NCBI GenBank assembly: GCA_964356795.1
Contig: CAYHIK010000002.1
Span: 26,600 to 90,599 of the forward strand
Direction: 5' to 3'
Source: an uncultured Candidatus Saccharibacteria bacterium
GTDB lineage: Bacteria > Patescibacteriota > Minisyncoccia > 2-02-FULL-40-12 > GWA2-44-9
DNA length: 64,000 nt
Every line of letters starts with the position of its first letter. Within the stretch, counting starts at the first letter, position 1. Of this stretch, positions 39,416 to 48,678 are shown piece by piece. Under the pieces are notes generated by a model. The model was not told the origin of the DNA. It worked only from the letters and a program-made list of their open reading frames with translations, and ran no database searches. A program made the position numbers and the translations under genes.

Positions 39416-41206
39416 ATGCATAAGTACGACAACCAGCTCGAAGATTTCTTCGGACTCAATGCGGGTGGCAGTGGAGCGAATCGCGAGACCATCAAAGATG
39501 TGCTCGCGCGCAAGCTCCCCCTCCGGAGTCGTTTGCGATTACTCCCAAAGGTGCTGAGTCGCACTGAGCGCTATGTCGTGCTCGGCCTTGCGGTGCTCGC
39601 CATTGGCTCGATTCTGGCAATTCCATTCACGAGCTACTACCACTACACGAATCCTGTCCCTTCAAATGGCGGAGATTTTGTGGAGGGCATCCTCAATGAA
39701 CCACGCCTTCTCAATCCTCTCCTCGCACAAGCCAACGACGCAGACCGCGACATCGCCAGCCTCATCTTCTCGGGTCTCTATCGCTACAATGGCAAGGGCA
39801 TTCTTGTGCCCGACCTCGCAAAATCAATGCCCGAGATTACCTCCGATGGTCTCTCCTACAGCGTCACCATCCGCGATGACGCACGGTGGCATGATGGCGT
39901 TCCCGTGACCGCCGACGACGTTGTCTTCACAGTTCAAACCGCACAGAATTCCGACTACGGTGTTCCCGCAAATATCCGAGCGAATTGGGGTGGCGTCACC
40001 ATTGAGCGCGCGAGTGAACGCGTCATCATTTTCCATATCGACAAGAAATACGCGCAGTTCACCAACAACCTCACACTCGGCATCATTCCACGACATTTAT
40101 GGTCTGACATCCGCCCCAGCAACTTCAATCTTTCCGAGCTCAACATCAAGCCTATTGGATCGGGCCCGTATCAGTTCGATGCACTCACCAAGAACAGTCT
40201 TGGCCGTATCGCCTCCTATCGCCTCAAAGCGTGGGACCAATTTTATCTTGGTCGCCCCCACATCAACACCATCACATTCAAATTTTATGGAAGTGAAGAC
40301 GAGCTCATCGAAGCTTTCAACGAGAATCAAATCGACAACGTCGGCTACATCTCGGGCAACAATGTCTCCAAGCTCAAATTCCGCAACCGTATTGAGCTCG
40401 AGCAAATCAAAGTTCCTCGCTACTACGCGCTCTTCTTCAATCAAAACCAATCCAAAGCACTCTCCGATAAAAACGTCCGCCTCGCGCTCAACTACGCCAC
40501 GAATCGCGTCAGCATCATCAACACCGTCATGGACGGCAAGGCATTCCTCGTAAACTCGCCGATGCTGGGAGGCATTCTCGATATCAATCCCAACGTACGT
40601 ACCTTTGACTACGATCTCGAACAAGCAAAAGCAGTCCTCAAAAACGGTGGGTGGAACACGGGCGAAGATGGGCTCATTTCGAAATCCAAAGACAACACCC
40701 TCGAGCTTAAAATCACCACATCTACCTGGCCCGAGCTTGCCGCCGTCGCGCAGGAACTCAAGAAACAGTGGGAGATGCTCGGCGTGCGCGTCACGCTCGA
40801 AATCGTACCCGTAAGCCAGCTCCAACAGCTCATCAAGGATCGCAATTATCAAATCCTACTCTTCGGCGAAGGCATGGCAATCGATCCTGACCCCTACACC
40901 TACTGGCATTCCAGCCAGCGACTCGGCGGAGGATTCAATCTCTCACTCTACAAAAACGACACCGTCGACAAGCTTCTCGACGAAGCACGCCAGACGCTCA
41001 ACCCCATCGAACGCATGCAAAAGTACGACGATTTCCAGAAAATCCTGCTCGAAGATTTGCCCGCCATCTTCCTCTACAGTACCCACCACCTCTACGGCGT
41101 GAGCAAAGATATTCACGGATTTGATACAGAGCTCATATCAACACCGTCAGACCGTTTCACCGATATCGGTTCGTGGTACATGAACACCACGCGCACAGTC
41201 AACTAA
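39416..41206 (+). CDS. ABC transporter substrate-binding protein, family 5 (peptide/nickel, OppA/DppA-like), N-terminal membrane anchor
   Basis: 596 aa. After the anchor, SBP_bac_5-like layout (GGDFVEGILNEPRLLNPL...DGVPVTADDVVFT...). No cognate permease or ATPase in the window. Confidence 0.75.
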   Translation: MHKYDNQLEDFFGLNAGGSGANRETIKDVLARKLPLRSRLRLLPKVLSRTERYVVLGLAVLAIGSILAIPFTSYYHYTNPVPSNGGDFVEGILNEPRLLNPLLAQANDADRDIASLIFSGLYRYNGKGILVPDLAKSMPEITSDGLSYSVTIRDDARWHDGVPVTADDVVFTVQTAQNSDYGVPANIRANWGGVTIERASERVIIFHIDKKYAQFTNNLTLGIIPRHLWSDIRPSNFNLSELNIKPIGSGPYQFDALTKNSLGRIASYRLKAWDQFYLGRPHINTITFKFYGSEDELIEAFNENQIDNVGYISGNNVSKLKFRNRIELEQIKVPRYYALFFNQNQSKALSDKNVRLALNYATNRVSIINTVMDGKAFLVNSPMLGGILDINPNVRTFDYDLEQAKAVLKNGGWNTGEDGLISKSKDNTLELKITTSTWPELAAVAQELKKQWEMLGVRVTLEIVPVSQLQQLIKDRNYQILLFGEGMAIDPDPYTYWHSSQRLGGGFNLSLYKNDTVDKLLDEARQTLNPIERMQKYDDFQKILLEDLPAIFLYSTHHLYGVSKDIHGFDTELISTPSDRFTDIGSWYMNTTRTVN

Positions 41207-41214
41207 CTCCGCAC

Positions 41215-42129
41215 ATGCACGACGTCATCCGCTCTCTTGGCGCTCAGATGAATGAAGGCATCGCACTCACGACGCCCATGCCGACAGCTCCCTCACGCAT
41301 CATCTGCTGTGGCATGGGCGGCTCGAGCACCGCGGGAGAGTTGCTCTCGCTTGTTCGCGCAAATGTGATAGTACATTGGGATTGGAATCTCCCCGAGATG
41401 GCGACAAAGGACGACCTCATCATCTGCACATCCTGGTCAGGTGCCACGCATGAGACGCTCTCTTCATACGACGCAGCCCGTGCGCTCGGAGCACAGCTCG
41501 CCGTCATCGCAACCGGCGGAGAACTCGCTGAACGCGCGCGACGCGATGGTGTGCCACTCACCCTCATCCCCACGAATCCAAATCCTCCGCGATTCAACGT
41601 AGGCCTCATGGTTGGCGCACTCTTTTCATTCGCCGGAATGGCCCAGCAGTTGCGCGACTGCACGATTCGCGACTCCGAATCAGAAGGACGCGCGCTCGCC
41701 TCAGCAATCGGCTCGGCAACTCCCGTATTCTATACATCATACCCATTGCGCAAAATTGCTGGCTTCTTCAAGACGCTCATCAATGAAAACGCAAAACGCC
41801 ACGCATGGTCGGGTAGCTTCCCCTCCATCGCACACAATGAGGTTATGGGGTGGAGCACGCGTTCACATGAATACATTCCCTGCGTACTTCGCGGGACCCC
41901 TGAGCGCGACACCGACACGCGAGATATCGAGGCGTATATTGCGCTGATGCGTGAAATGGGATATACTGTTCCTATCATCGGTTTATCGGGCGCCAGCACT
42001 CTCGAACAGGCGCTCAATGCATACGCTACGGCTCTCTGGGCTAGTTGGTATGTTGCCTCAGACGCAGGAATTGATGTACGAGGCACACCATTGATTGATG
42101 CTTTGAAACAACTCAAGGGACAGGTGTAA
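41215..42129 (+). CDS. SIS-domain sugar phosphate isomerase (bifunctional PGI/PMI-like)
   Basis: IICCGMGGSSTAGE and LIICTSWSGATHETL SIS motifs; start ATG 41215 (the ORF-table start overlaps the SBP). Confidence 0.6.
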   Translation: MHDVIRSLGAQMNEGIALTTPMPTAPSRIICCGMGGSSTAGELLSLVRANVIVHWDWNLPEMATKDDLIICTSWSGATHETLSSYDAARALGAQLAVIATGGELAERARRDGVPLTLIPTNPNPPRFNVGLMVGALFSFAGMAQQLRDCTIRDSESEGRALASAIGSATPVFYTSYPLRKIAGFFKTLINENAKRHAWSGSFPSIAHNEVMGWSTRSHEYIPCVLRGTPERDTDTRDIEAYIALMREMGYTVPIIGLSGASTLEQALNAYATALWASWYVASDAGIDVRGTPLIDALKQLKGQV

Positions 42130-42143
42130 CTTATCTGACCTTT

Positions 42144-42227
42144 GCTCGGGTGGCGAAATCGGCAGACGCGCTACGTTCAGAGCGTAGTGGGAGCAATCCC
42201 GTGGAGGTTCAAATCCTCTCCCGAGCA
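42144..42227 (+). tRNA. tRNA-Leu (anticodon CAG), type II
   Basis: Acceptor GCTCGGG/CCCGAGC, anticodon loop TTCAGAG, variable arm GGGA-gcaa-TCCC, T-arm GGTTCAAATCC. Confidence 0.85.
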
Positions 42228-42358
42228 CACATAGCAATCGGCGCACAAACTCCAGTAGTACGCCCATTACTTGTACTAATCATCTAACGCAATTACTCAT
42301 CAACGCGATGTACGCCTCAGGCGAAATCGGGTACGCATGAGTCATCAGTTTGGCAGGA

Positions 42359-44452
42359 ATGACACCGAAAGACACCGTAGAAGAACATTCAGGTTTTGGT
42401 CCCGGTCTTGAACCGGCACCAACGCCACAAGCTCCGACAGCAACACTCGCGACGGCCCCACAGAAAAAGGAGCCGCTTCCTCAGCGCGCGTACCATGCAG
42501 GCGGATCCGACACCCCACACCGAGGTCGCAATCGACGTCCTATGCGCTACCATGGGCACCAAGTATCTCGCGGGGCACCTACAGCGCCCGCAGGAGCTTC
42601 TACCACAGCCGAGTCCACAAAACCCGCCGAGACTACCGAAGAAGCATCGGGAATGAAGAAGCGCTCCGGTCGCCGCGACCGCCGCATGAGCATGCCTCGT
42701 AAGAAGCTTCCCAGCCAGCGACAACTCCAGCCAACCCAGCTCCACGCTGGCCGCATGGGCGCGCCAAAAGAGCTCGGCGAAACCGCAGGCGACGACACGC
42801 TAAAAGTTGCCGCACTCGGAGGATTGGGCGAAATCGGAAAGAACTGCTACATGCTCGAGTACAAGGATGACATTCTCATCATCGATGCAGGCATCAAGTT
42901 CCCCGACGAGACGATGCCCGGCATCGACTTTATCATCCCCAACACTGGCTACCTCGATGGAAAACTTGACCGCATTCGCGGACTCATCCTCACGCACGGA
43001 CACATGGACCACGTAGGTGCGGTTCCCTATCTCCAGCAGAAACTCGGCAACCCAGATATCTACACCGCAGAGCTCACCAAGAATCTCGTGCTCAAGCGCC
43101 ACAGCGAGTTCCCGCAACTCCCCAAGCTTCCGATTCACGTCGTCAAAGACGGCGACCGCGTCAAAATGGGCGACTTCTTCACCGTGGAATTCTTCCACAT
43201 GAACCACAACATCCCCGATGACTTGGGGACGTTCATTGAGACGCCCGTTGGAAACTTTATTCACACCGCAGACTTCAAATTCGACGCAACGCCTATCAAC
43301 GATAAGCCCGTAGACCTCTTGAAGCTCAAAGCGTTTGGCGATAAAGGCGTACTCGCGTTGATGGTTGACTCCACCGACGCAGAGCGACCCGGACACTCGG
43401 TCTCTGAGCAAACCATCTATGAGAATATGGATATCATATTCAAGGATGCGACCGGCATGCTCATCATCGGAACGTTTAGCTCGATGATTAACCGCATGCA
43501 GCAAATCGTTCAGCTCTCTGAGAAATACGGGCGCAAAGTCATCTTCGATGGCTACTCACTCAAGAGCAATGTTGAGATTGCCAAAGAGATGGGCTACATC
43601 AAAATGCAAAAGGGCACACAAATCTCGATGGAACAACTTCGCGACTACCCCCGCGAACGCGTTACCGTGGTCGCCACCGGCGCCATGGGACAAGAAGGCG
43701 CGTCCCTCATGCGCATCGTCAACGCCGAACATCGCCACATTCAAATCCAGCAGAAAGATACAGTTATCTTCTCGAGCTCAGTCATTCCTGGCAACGAACG
43801 CTCCGTGCAGTACTTGAAAGACATGCTCTACCGCGCGGGTGTGAAGGTGTTCCACTATCAAATGATGGACATTCATGCAGGAGGTCACGCTCGACAAGAG
43901 GACCTCAAAGAAATCATGCTTCTGACACGTCCAAAATTCCTCATCCCGCACCATGGGCAATACAGTATGATGGTGTCCAATGGCGAACTCGGTAAACAAG
44001 TCGGCATTGAGGAGGGAAATATCATCATCGCCGACAATGGCCAGATTATCCACCTCACCCCCGACACGTGGTGGTTCGACAAGAAAGTCGCACCGTCAAA
44101 TCTCATCATGGTTGATGGTCTCGGTATCGGCGATATCGGAAACGTCGTCCTTCGCGATCGCCAAGCGCTTGCTGAAGACGGCATGTTCACCATCGTCATC
44201 ATCGTTGATCCAAAGTCTGGTCGGATGCGCACAAGTCCCGATATTATCTCTCGCGGATTCATCTATCTGAAGGAGCAAAAAGATCTCCTCATGCAGGTAC
44301 GCAAGCGCGTTCGCGCGATTGTGGAGGGCGAGAAAGCGCGCCCACTCAACTTGGCATACCTCAAAGACGAAGTGCGCGACCAAATCGGTCAATTCCTCTT
44401 CCAAAAGACGGAACGCCGCCCGATGGTGCTTCCCGTTATCATCGAGGTGTAG
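42359..44452 (+). CDS. rnj: Ribonuclease J (beta-CASP metallo-beta-lactamase) with ~140-aa basic low-complexity N-terminal extension
   Basis: Core from LKVAALGGLGEIGKNCYMLEY with HGHMDHVG motif and beta-CASP/C-terminal domains; N-terminal Pro/Ala/Arg/Lys-rich tail. Confidence 0.9.
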   Translation: MTPKDTVEEHSGFGPGLEPAPTPQAPTATLATAPQKKEPLPQRAYHAGGSDTPHRGRNRRPMRYHGHQVSRGAPTAPAGASTTAESTKPAETTEEASGMKKRSGRRDRRMSMPRKKLPSQRQLQPTQLHAGRMGAPKELGETAGDDTLKVAALGGLGEIGKNCYMLEYKDDILIIDAGIKFPDETMPGIDFIIPNTGYLDGKLDRIRGLILTHGHMDHVGAVPYLQQKLGNPDIYTAELTKNLVLKRHSEFPQLPKLPIHVVKDGDRVKMGDFFTVEFFHMNHNIPDDLGTFIETPVGNFIHTADFKFDATPINDKPVDLLKLKAFGDKGVLALMVDSTDAERPGHSVSEQTIYENMDIIFKDATGMLIIGTFSSMINRMQQIVQLSEKYGRKVIFDGYSLKSNVEIAKEMGYIKMQKGTQISMEQLRDYPRERVTVVATGAMGQEGASLMRIVNAEHRHIQIQQKDTVIFSSSVIPGNERSVQYLKDMLYRAGVKVFHYQMMDIHAGGHARQEDLKEIMLLTRPKFLIPHHGQYSMMVSNGELGKQVGIEEGNIIIADNGQIIHLTPDTWWFDKKVAPSNLIMVDGLGIGDIGNVVLRDRQALAEDGMFTIVIIVDPKSGRMRTSPDIISRGFIYLKEQKDLLMQVRKRVRAIVEGEKARPLNLAYLKDEVRDQIGQFLFQKTERRPMVLPVIIEV

Positions 44453-44476
44453 CGCCCCCAACATTCCCGAGCCCAC

Positions 44477-44588
44477 ACCGAAGTGGAGATACCCTTGTTC
44501 GGGTACGACGTCGCCCCCTTACTGGGGGCGCGTCTCGTTCTCGCGCCGTCGCGCTCCGAAAGCCCCTTACAAAGGTACCTCCACTTCG
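44477..44588 (+). ncRNA. Conserved structured element copy A, 3' of rnj: 15-bp outer stem, ~83-nt core with internal hairpin GCCCCC-ttact-GGGGGC
   Basis: Core 44492..44574 is ~97% identical to the reverse complement of 52500..52581, except the hairpin stem carries compensatory substitutions; flanks are self-complementary. Confidence 0.45.
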
Positions 44589-44628
44589 GCTTTGGCCGTA
44601 TCTTTGACAGAATAGCTTTATCGTTGTA

Positions 44629-44634
44629 TTATAA
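44629..44634 (+). promoter_or_regulatory. -10 box TATAAT (in TTGTATTATAAT) upstream of ORF 44649
   Basis: The same 14-mer TTGTATTATAATAT occurs at the promoter of the 60441..61526 operon (minus strand, ~61530-61545). Confidence 0.45.
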
Positions 44635-44648
44635 TATCAGGAGGTAGT

Positions 44649-44975
44649 ATGGCCCATCACAAGCACTCTGGCCCTGACCTCGAGCGTGCTGGCATCTTGA
44701 GGTTTTCATGCGACGCCTGTTGCATCCTCTTCCCGATGCGGTGCGCAACACACAAGGATCTCGAGATAAGAGAACGTCCCGCCGTCCTGGCGCGACGAGC
44801 AATCCGTACAGAGCGAGTGCTCCGCCCGCTTCCTGTGGGTCCAGCGCCAGACATCCCCGAGTCGTTCAGCACACCGCTACTCCGATGCCCCGCCCCCTAT
44901 GAAGTCGTTGTACTGGAAATCAGAGCGTGGCTGAAGGAAATCGAAACCATGGAGCGCAGCGAAGCTCGCGACTAA
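44649..44975 (+). CDS. 108-aa Arg/Cys/Pro-rich ORF between rnj and trpS; coding status uncertain (could be a leader or RNA region)
   Basis: TATAAT box, strong RBS GGGAGGT (3-nt spacing) and a downstream terminator, but the composition looks non-protein-like. Confidence 0.3.
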   Translation: MAHHKHSGPDLERAGILRFSCDACCILFPMRCATHKDLEIRERPAVLARRAIRTERVLRPLPVGPAPDIPESFSTPLLRCPAPYEVVVLEIRAWLKEIETMERSEARD

Positions 44976-44982
44976 CGCACCG

Positions 44983-45017
44983 AAGCCCGACGTTCATACG
45001 CCGGGCTTTCTTTTTTG
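44983..45017 (+). terminator. Rho-independent terminator/attenuator-like hairpin 36 nt upstream of trpS
   Basis: AAGCCCG-...-CGGGCTT followed by TCTTTTTTG. Confidence 0.65.
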
Positions 45018-45052
45018 CCTTCGCGGCCTGCTTGTACTATGATGCTCCTACT

Positions 45053-46057
45053 ATGGCAAAGATATTTTCGGGCATGCGCCCTTCGGGAAAGCTCCATCTC
45101 GGCAACTATTTAGGTGCCATCAAGAACTGGATTGAGCTCCAGAACGACCCCGCCACAACCCAGTGCATATTCTCGGCAGTCGACCTTCACGGCATCACCA
45201 CGCCGTATGATCCTGCGACCTACCAGCAGAATGTGAAAGACGTGCTTCTCGACTACCTCGCCGCAGGTGTTGACCCTGCCAAGTCTCTCATTGTTCGCCA
45301 ATCACGTATCCCCCAACACGCAGAATTGATGTGGCTCTTCTCCACCATCTCTCCCGTGAGCTGGCTCGAACGACTCCCCAACTGGAGAGAAAAAGTATCC
45401 CAAGTCGATGCGATGGGTGATCGCGGCGCGAGTTATCAGAACAACCTCTCCCTGCTCTCGTATCCCGTCCTCATGGCCGCCGACATCTTGCTCTACAAAT
45501 CAGATCTCGTACCCGTAGGCGAAGATCAACTCCCCCACGTTGAACTCACCAATGAAATCGGCGCAAAGTTCAATCACCTCTTTGGGGGCACATTCCCAAA
45601 TGTAAAAGGCCACATCGCAACGGGTGCCCGAATTATGTCGCTCCAAGACCCTCTGAAGAAGATGAGCAAGACGGGCGATGACGGCATCGCGCTTTCCGAT
45701 GACGCCGATACTATTCGTGGCAAGATTAAACGCGCCGTCACTGATTCAGAATCAGAAGTTCGATTTGATGAAAACGCAAAACCCGCAATTTCAAATCTCC
45801 TCACCATCTACGCCACGCTCTCGGGTAAACCGATCCCCACCATTGAGCAAGAATATACTGGCAAAAATTACGGCCAATTCAAAACGGACCTCGCGGAAGT
45901 CGTTGTAAACTTCCTCACGCCATTCCAACAGCGTCGCACGGAGCTCGTTGCTGATGCGGGTGCTTTTGAGCGTCTCTTGACGGAGTCAGAAGAAAAAGCC
46001 AGAATCTTGGCCAGTTCTCACCTAGAAGAAATCCAAGCCCACATGGGCATCCGGTAG
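45053..46057 (+). CDS. trpS: Tryptophanyl-tRNA synthetase
   Basis: Class I motifs: HIGH-like (KLHLGNYLGAI) and KMSKS variant (KKMSKT); start at MAKIFSGMRPSG (ATG 45053). The ORF-table start 44927 is upstream of the terminator. Confidence 0.9.
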   Translation: MAKIFSGMRPSGKLHLGNYLGAIKNWIELQNDPATTQCIFSAVDLHGITTPYDPATYQQNVKDVLLDYLAAGVDPAKSLIVRQSRIPQHAELMWLFSTISPVSWLERLPNWREKVSQVDAMGDRGASYQNNLSLLSYPVLMAADILLYKSDLVPVGEDQLPHVELTNEIGAKFNHLFGGTFPNVKGHIATGARIMSLQDPLKKMSKTGDDGIALSDDADTIRGKIKRAVTDSESEVRFDENAKPAISNLLTIYATLSGKPIPTIEQEYTGKNYGQFKTDLAEVVVNFLTPFQQRRTELVADAGAFERLLTESEEKARILASSHLEEIQAHMGIR

Positions 46058-46065
46058 GAGGAGTT

Positions 46066-46275
46066 ATGATTTGGGTTCGACTCGAGGGCGGAGACTGCTC
46101 GACGCAGCTCCGCCAAGCACTGTTGAGTGAAATCGAGCACCGTTCGGCCCTTCAGGGTAAACAGCTCGATTCGCTCCGCATTCTATCGGTTGCCATCGAG
46201 TACGAGGCGCGCAACAGCGGCGAATCTCCGGTATTCATCCAGAAGCCGCTCCGTTCGCTTGATGGCGGCTGTTAG
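46066..46275 (+). CDS. 69-aa hypothetical protein
   Basis: RBS AGGAGG; its TAG stop lies within the RBS of the next gene. Confidence 0.45.
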   Translation: MIWVRLEGGDCSTQLRQALLSEIEHRSALQGKQLDSLRILSVAIEYEARNSGESPVFIQKPLRSLDGGC

Positions 46276-46282
46276 GAGCATC

Positions 46283-46636
46283 ATGGCCTGCGACACAAGG
46301 TACGAAGCATTCGACGCACTCGCTCGGCGTAAGTTCAGAGACATGCTCCGTGCATGGCTCCGACAGGCGCCACGGCGTGTCGAAGGAATGGTTGGTGATG
46401 GACATCGCATCTACATCCGCTGGCACGCGTGCGAAGAGCGTGAGCGTACCACCGGAGTTGCAGTGCTCAAAACTCGAAGCGATCACGACGACGTGAGCAA
46501 ACCACTCAAGCGACTCAATAACCTGAAGAATCGCATCATCCACGCCGATGGGTGTAACGGATACTTCTTATTCGCATTCTATCGACGCCCGACCGCCAGT
46601 CGCCGTCACGTTGAGCTCCCCATCGAACTCCTCTGA
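46283..46636 (+). CDS. 117-aa hypothetical basic protein
   Basis: ATG at 46283 with RBS AGGAG; the longer ORF from 46127 overlaps the upstream gene in another frame. Confidence 0.45.
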   Translation: MACDTRYEAFDALARRKFRDMLRAWLRQAPRRVEGMVGDGHRIYIRWHACEERERTTGVAVLKTRSDHDDVSKPLKRLNNLKNRIIHADGCNGYFLFAFYRRPTASRRHVELPIELL

Positions 46637-46745
46637 CTCGATATCACCACGACCTCTGCGACCACCCGGTCAATGAGGTCTTTTCTTTCGGTCGAACTTT
46701 GTATAAGACGAAGTTCGACCGGCCTCAGGCGCAGTCCTTTAGGAC

Positions 46746-47960
46746 TTAGCGCCGTAGGGTTACCATAACTTCAGAAATTTTTAAATCAAGTAATTGCTTC
46801 GATATCGCCTCTACTATAACTCTCACCACAGGCTCTGTGTTTGAGGGTCGTATATTGAGCCACCAATCGGGATACTCGATAGAGAGGCCGTCAATCTGAC
46901 TCTGTACCCCGTCGTGATACTTCATGCGCACCATCTCCATCATTGCTCGAGCGTGCTTATGGTCGCGCATGGGAGTTGAAATCTCATCACTCCGCACGTA
47001 TTCGCGATACGGCGCCACCAGCTGAGATAACGCGTGCCCGCTTTTGCGCATGAGCATGTACACGCGAAGGAGTGTGAGTTCGGGGCACTCCATCATCCCA
47101 AATTCGCGCCAATAATAATGGCCACTCAACTCGCCTCCGAACACAGCACCGCGCTCACGCATAGCGGAAGTAATATATCTCCGCCCAACGCGTGAAACCG
47201 CGTACGCCATGCCACGCGCATCAAGCCGGCTCCGTACCGTTTTCGAAAATCGCACATCAAATACCAGCGGGTGGAGCTGAAGCTGTTCAGCGAGAAGTAA
47301 GAAGATAAAATCTGCAGGAATCTGTACGCCGTGCTCAAAAAAATCGATACGGTCCCCATCGGAATCACAGCGCACAGCAAAGTCCGTATCTGGTGCAATG
47401 GGGCCAAGCCGCTCAAGCACTCGTCGCACCGTATCGGGTGCGTCGAGTGACAGCATGAGCTCACTTCCGCCTCGCCAGTGCGCGGCATACGCAACCGCAT
47501 CTGCATATCCTCGCAGGATATCCATCCTCGAAATCGATCCCGTCATCCGATGCGTGCCCTGATGAGAATCGAACATCTGGCGCACCACATCCCCTCCAAT
47601 CACTTCGAGCATATCCCCGTGACGGGCGATAGTTTTGAATCCATTATCTGCAAGGGAGTTGTGAGATGCGGTCACCATCACTCCGGCAGCCGCCCCCTGC
47701 GAGCGAATCGCCCAATAGCATTGCGGGCTCGACACAACTCCAATATCAATAACCTGCGCCCCTGCGTGCATCGCACCATCAATCACTGCGTGAGCAATCT
47801 CTCCGCTCGAGTCGCGCATATCGCGACCGACAACAAGCGGCCCCTGCGCGTGATGCGCCGCAAATCGCATACCAAATCGCTGGGCCATTTCCGCATCAAA
47901 ATCTACGCCATAGCGTCCCCGCACATCATACGCCCGAAATATTTCTGGATTACAAAGCAT
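46746..47960 (-). CDS. Phosphohexomutase (phosphomannomutase/phosphoglucomutase family, ManB/GlmM-like)
   Basis: EIFRAYDVRG N-terminal motif and active-site GVMVTASHNS..NGFK; start ATG 47960. Confidence 0.8.
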   Translation of the reverse strand: MLCNPEIFRAYDVRGRYGVDFDAEMAQRFGMRFAAHHAQGPLVVGRDMRDSSGEIAHAVIDGAMHAGAQVIDIGVVSSPQCYWAIRSQGAAAGVMVTASHNSLADNGFKTIARHGDMLEVIGGDVVRQMFDSHQGTHRMTGSISRMDILRGYADAVAYAAHWRGGSELMLSLDAPDTVRRVLERLGPIAPDTDFAVRCDSDGDRIDFFEHGVQIPADFIFLLLAEQLQLHPLVFDVRFSKTVRSRLDARGMAYAVSRVGRRYITSAMRERGAVFGGELSGHYYWREFGMMECPELTLLRVYMLMRKSGHALSQLVAPYREYVRSDEISTPMRDHKHARAMMEMVRMKYHDGVQSQIDGLSIEYPDWWLNIRPSNTEPVVRVIVEAISKQLLDLKISEVMVTLRR

Positions 47961-47983
47961 ACACTCAACGTATAACCACACCA

Positions 47984-48026
47984 TCAGTATACCAAAAACA
48001 AAAAGGTGCCCCGTGCGCTTTCGCAC
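47984..48026 (-). terminator. Rho-independent terminator of the 48100..48678 gene
   Basis: GGTGCCCCGTGCG...CGCACACGGGGCACC hairpin followed by UUUUUGUUUUUGG on the minus strand. Confidence 0.75.
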
Positions 48027-48099
48027 ACGGGGCACCGAACGGGGCCAAAGGACTAAGGTTCAGAGGTCAAACGGGACCAAAGGAACCGAGGTCAAGGAC

Positions 48100-48678
48100 C
48101 TAACTTGCGCGCACCAGAGCCGGGTTGTTGGAGTTGAAGTCGTTGCCCAACCAGCCGCCGTACCAGCCCCACGCACTGCCGTCCCGGTACAGGCACCGAA
48201 CGTACAGGTCGCCGTCGGAGTGGCGGTAGATGGTGCCCCAGAAAAACACGTACTTGCCCTTCCAGTCCTCAGGGATGAGGTGCTGGTTTTCGGGCTTCAG
48301 CAGGTAGTCCAGGACGTTGGCGGTGAAAACGGGCTTGGACTTGAGCTCACGGCGGAGGTCGTTGCCCACGATACGCTTGTCGCCCATCTGCCCCTTCGAG
48401 AGGTAGAGGGAAGCCTTGGTGGGATCCCAGATGACCACGCCGTCCTTGCGGTGCTCCTCCACTCGCCAGCCGTTGGGCAGGAAGGGGTCGGCATCGCAGT
48501 CGATGGCGTGGGCGACCTGCTTGATCTCGGAGAGACCCCGCAGGTACGCGAGGATCTCGCGAGCCTTGTCCTCGCTGTGGGCGAGAGCTGCGAAGTCCTT
48601 GGGTTCCCATCCCGCCTTCGTAGTGGTGATGGCGAGTTCGTGGGCCAGGCCCACGCTGACATCAGACGGAGTAGCCAT
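48100..48678 (-). CDS. 192-aa Trp/Gly-rich hypothetical protein; high GC (~62%)
   Basis: RBS CAGGAGA upstream of ATG 48678; own terminator; GC well above flanks. Confidence 0.5.
   Translation of the reverse strand: MATPSDVSVGLAHELAITTTKAGWEPKDFAALAHSEDKAREILAYLRGLSEIKQVAHAIDCDADPFLPNGWRVEEHRKDGVVIWDPTKASLYLSKGQMGDKRIVGNDLRRELKSKPVFTANVLDYLLKPENQHLIPEDWKGKYVFFWGTIYRHSDGDLYVRCLYRDGSAWGWYGGWLGNDFNSNNPALVRAS

Noticed and set aside
42058-42267. 69-aa minus-strand ORF
   Set aside because: It overlaps tRNA-Leu(CAG).
44640-45050. T-box riboswitch, Trp leader peptide, or known housekeeping RNA (RNase P, tmRNA, SRP, 6S) upstream of trpS
   Set aside because: I looked for the T-box consensus AGGGTGGNACCGCG, tandem UGG codons, RNase P P4 (GGAAAGTCCGGGC) and the tmRNA and SRP conserved motifs and found none; the region is retained only as an unexplained promoter-ORF-terminator cassette.
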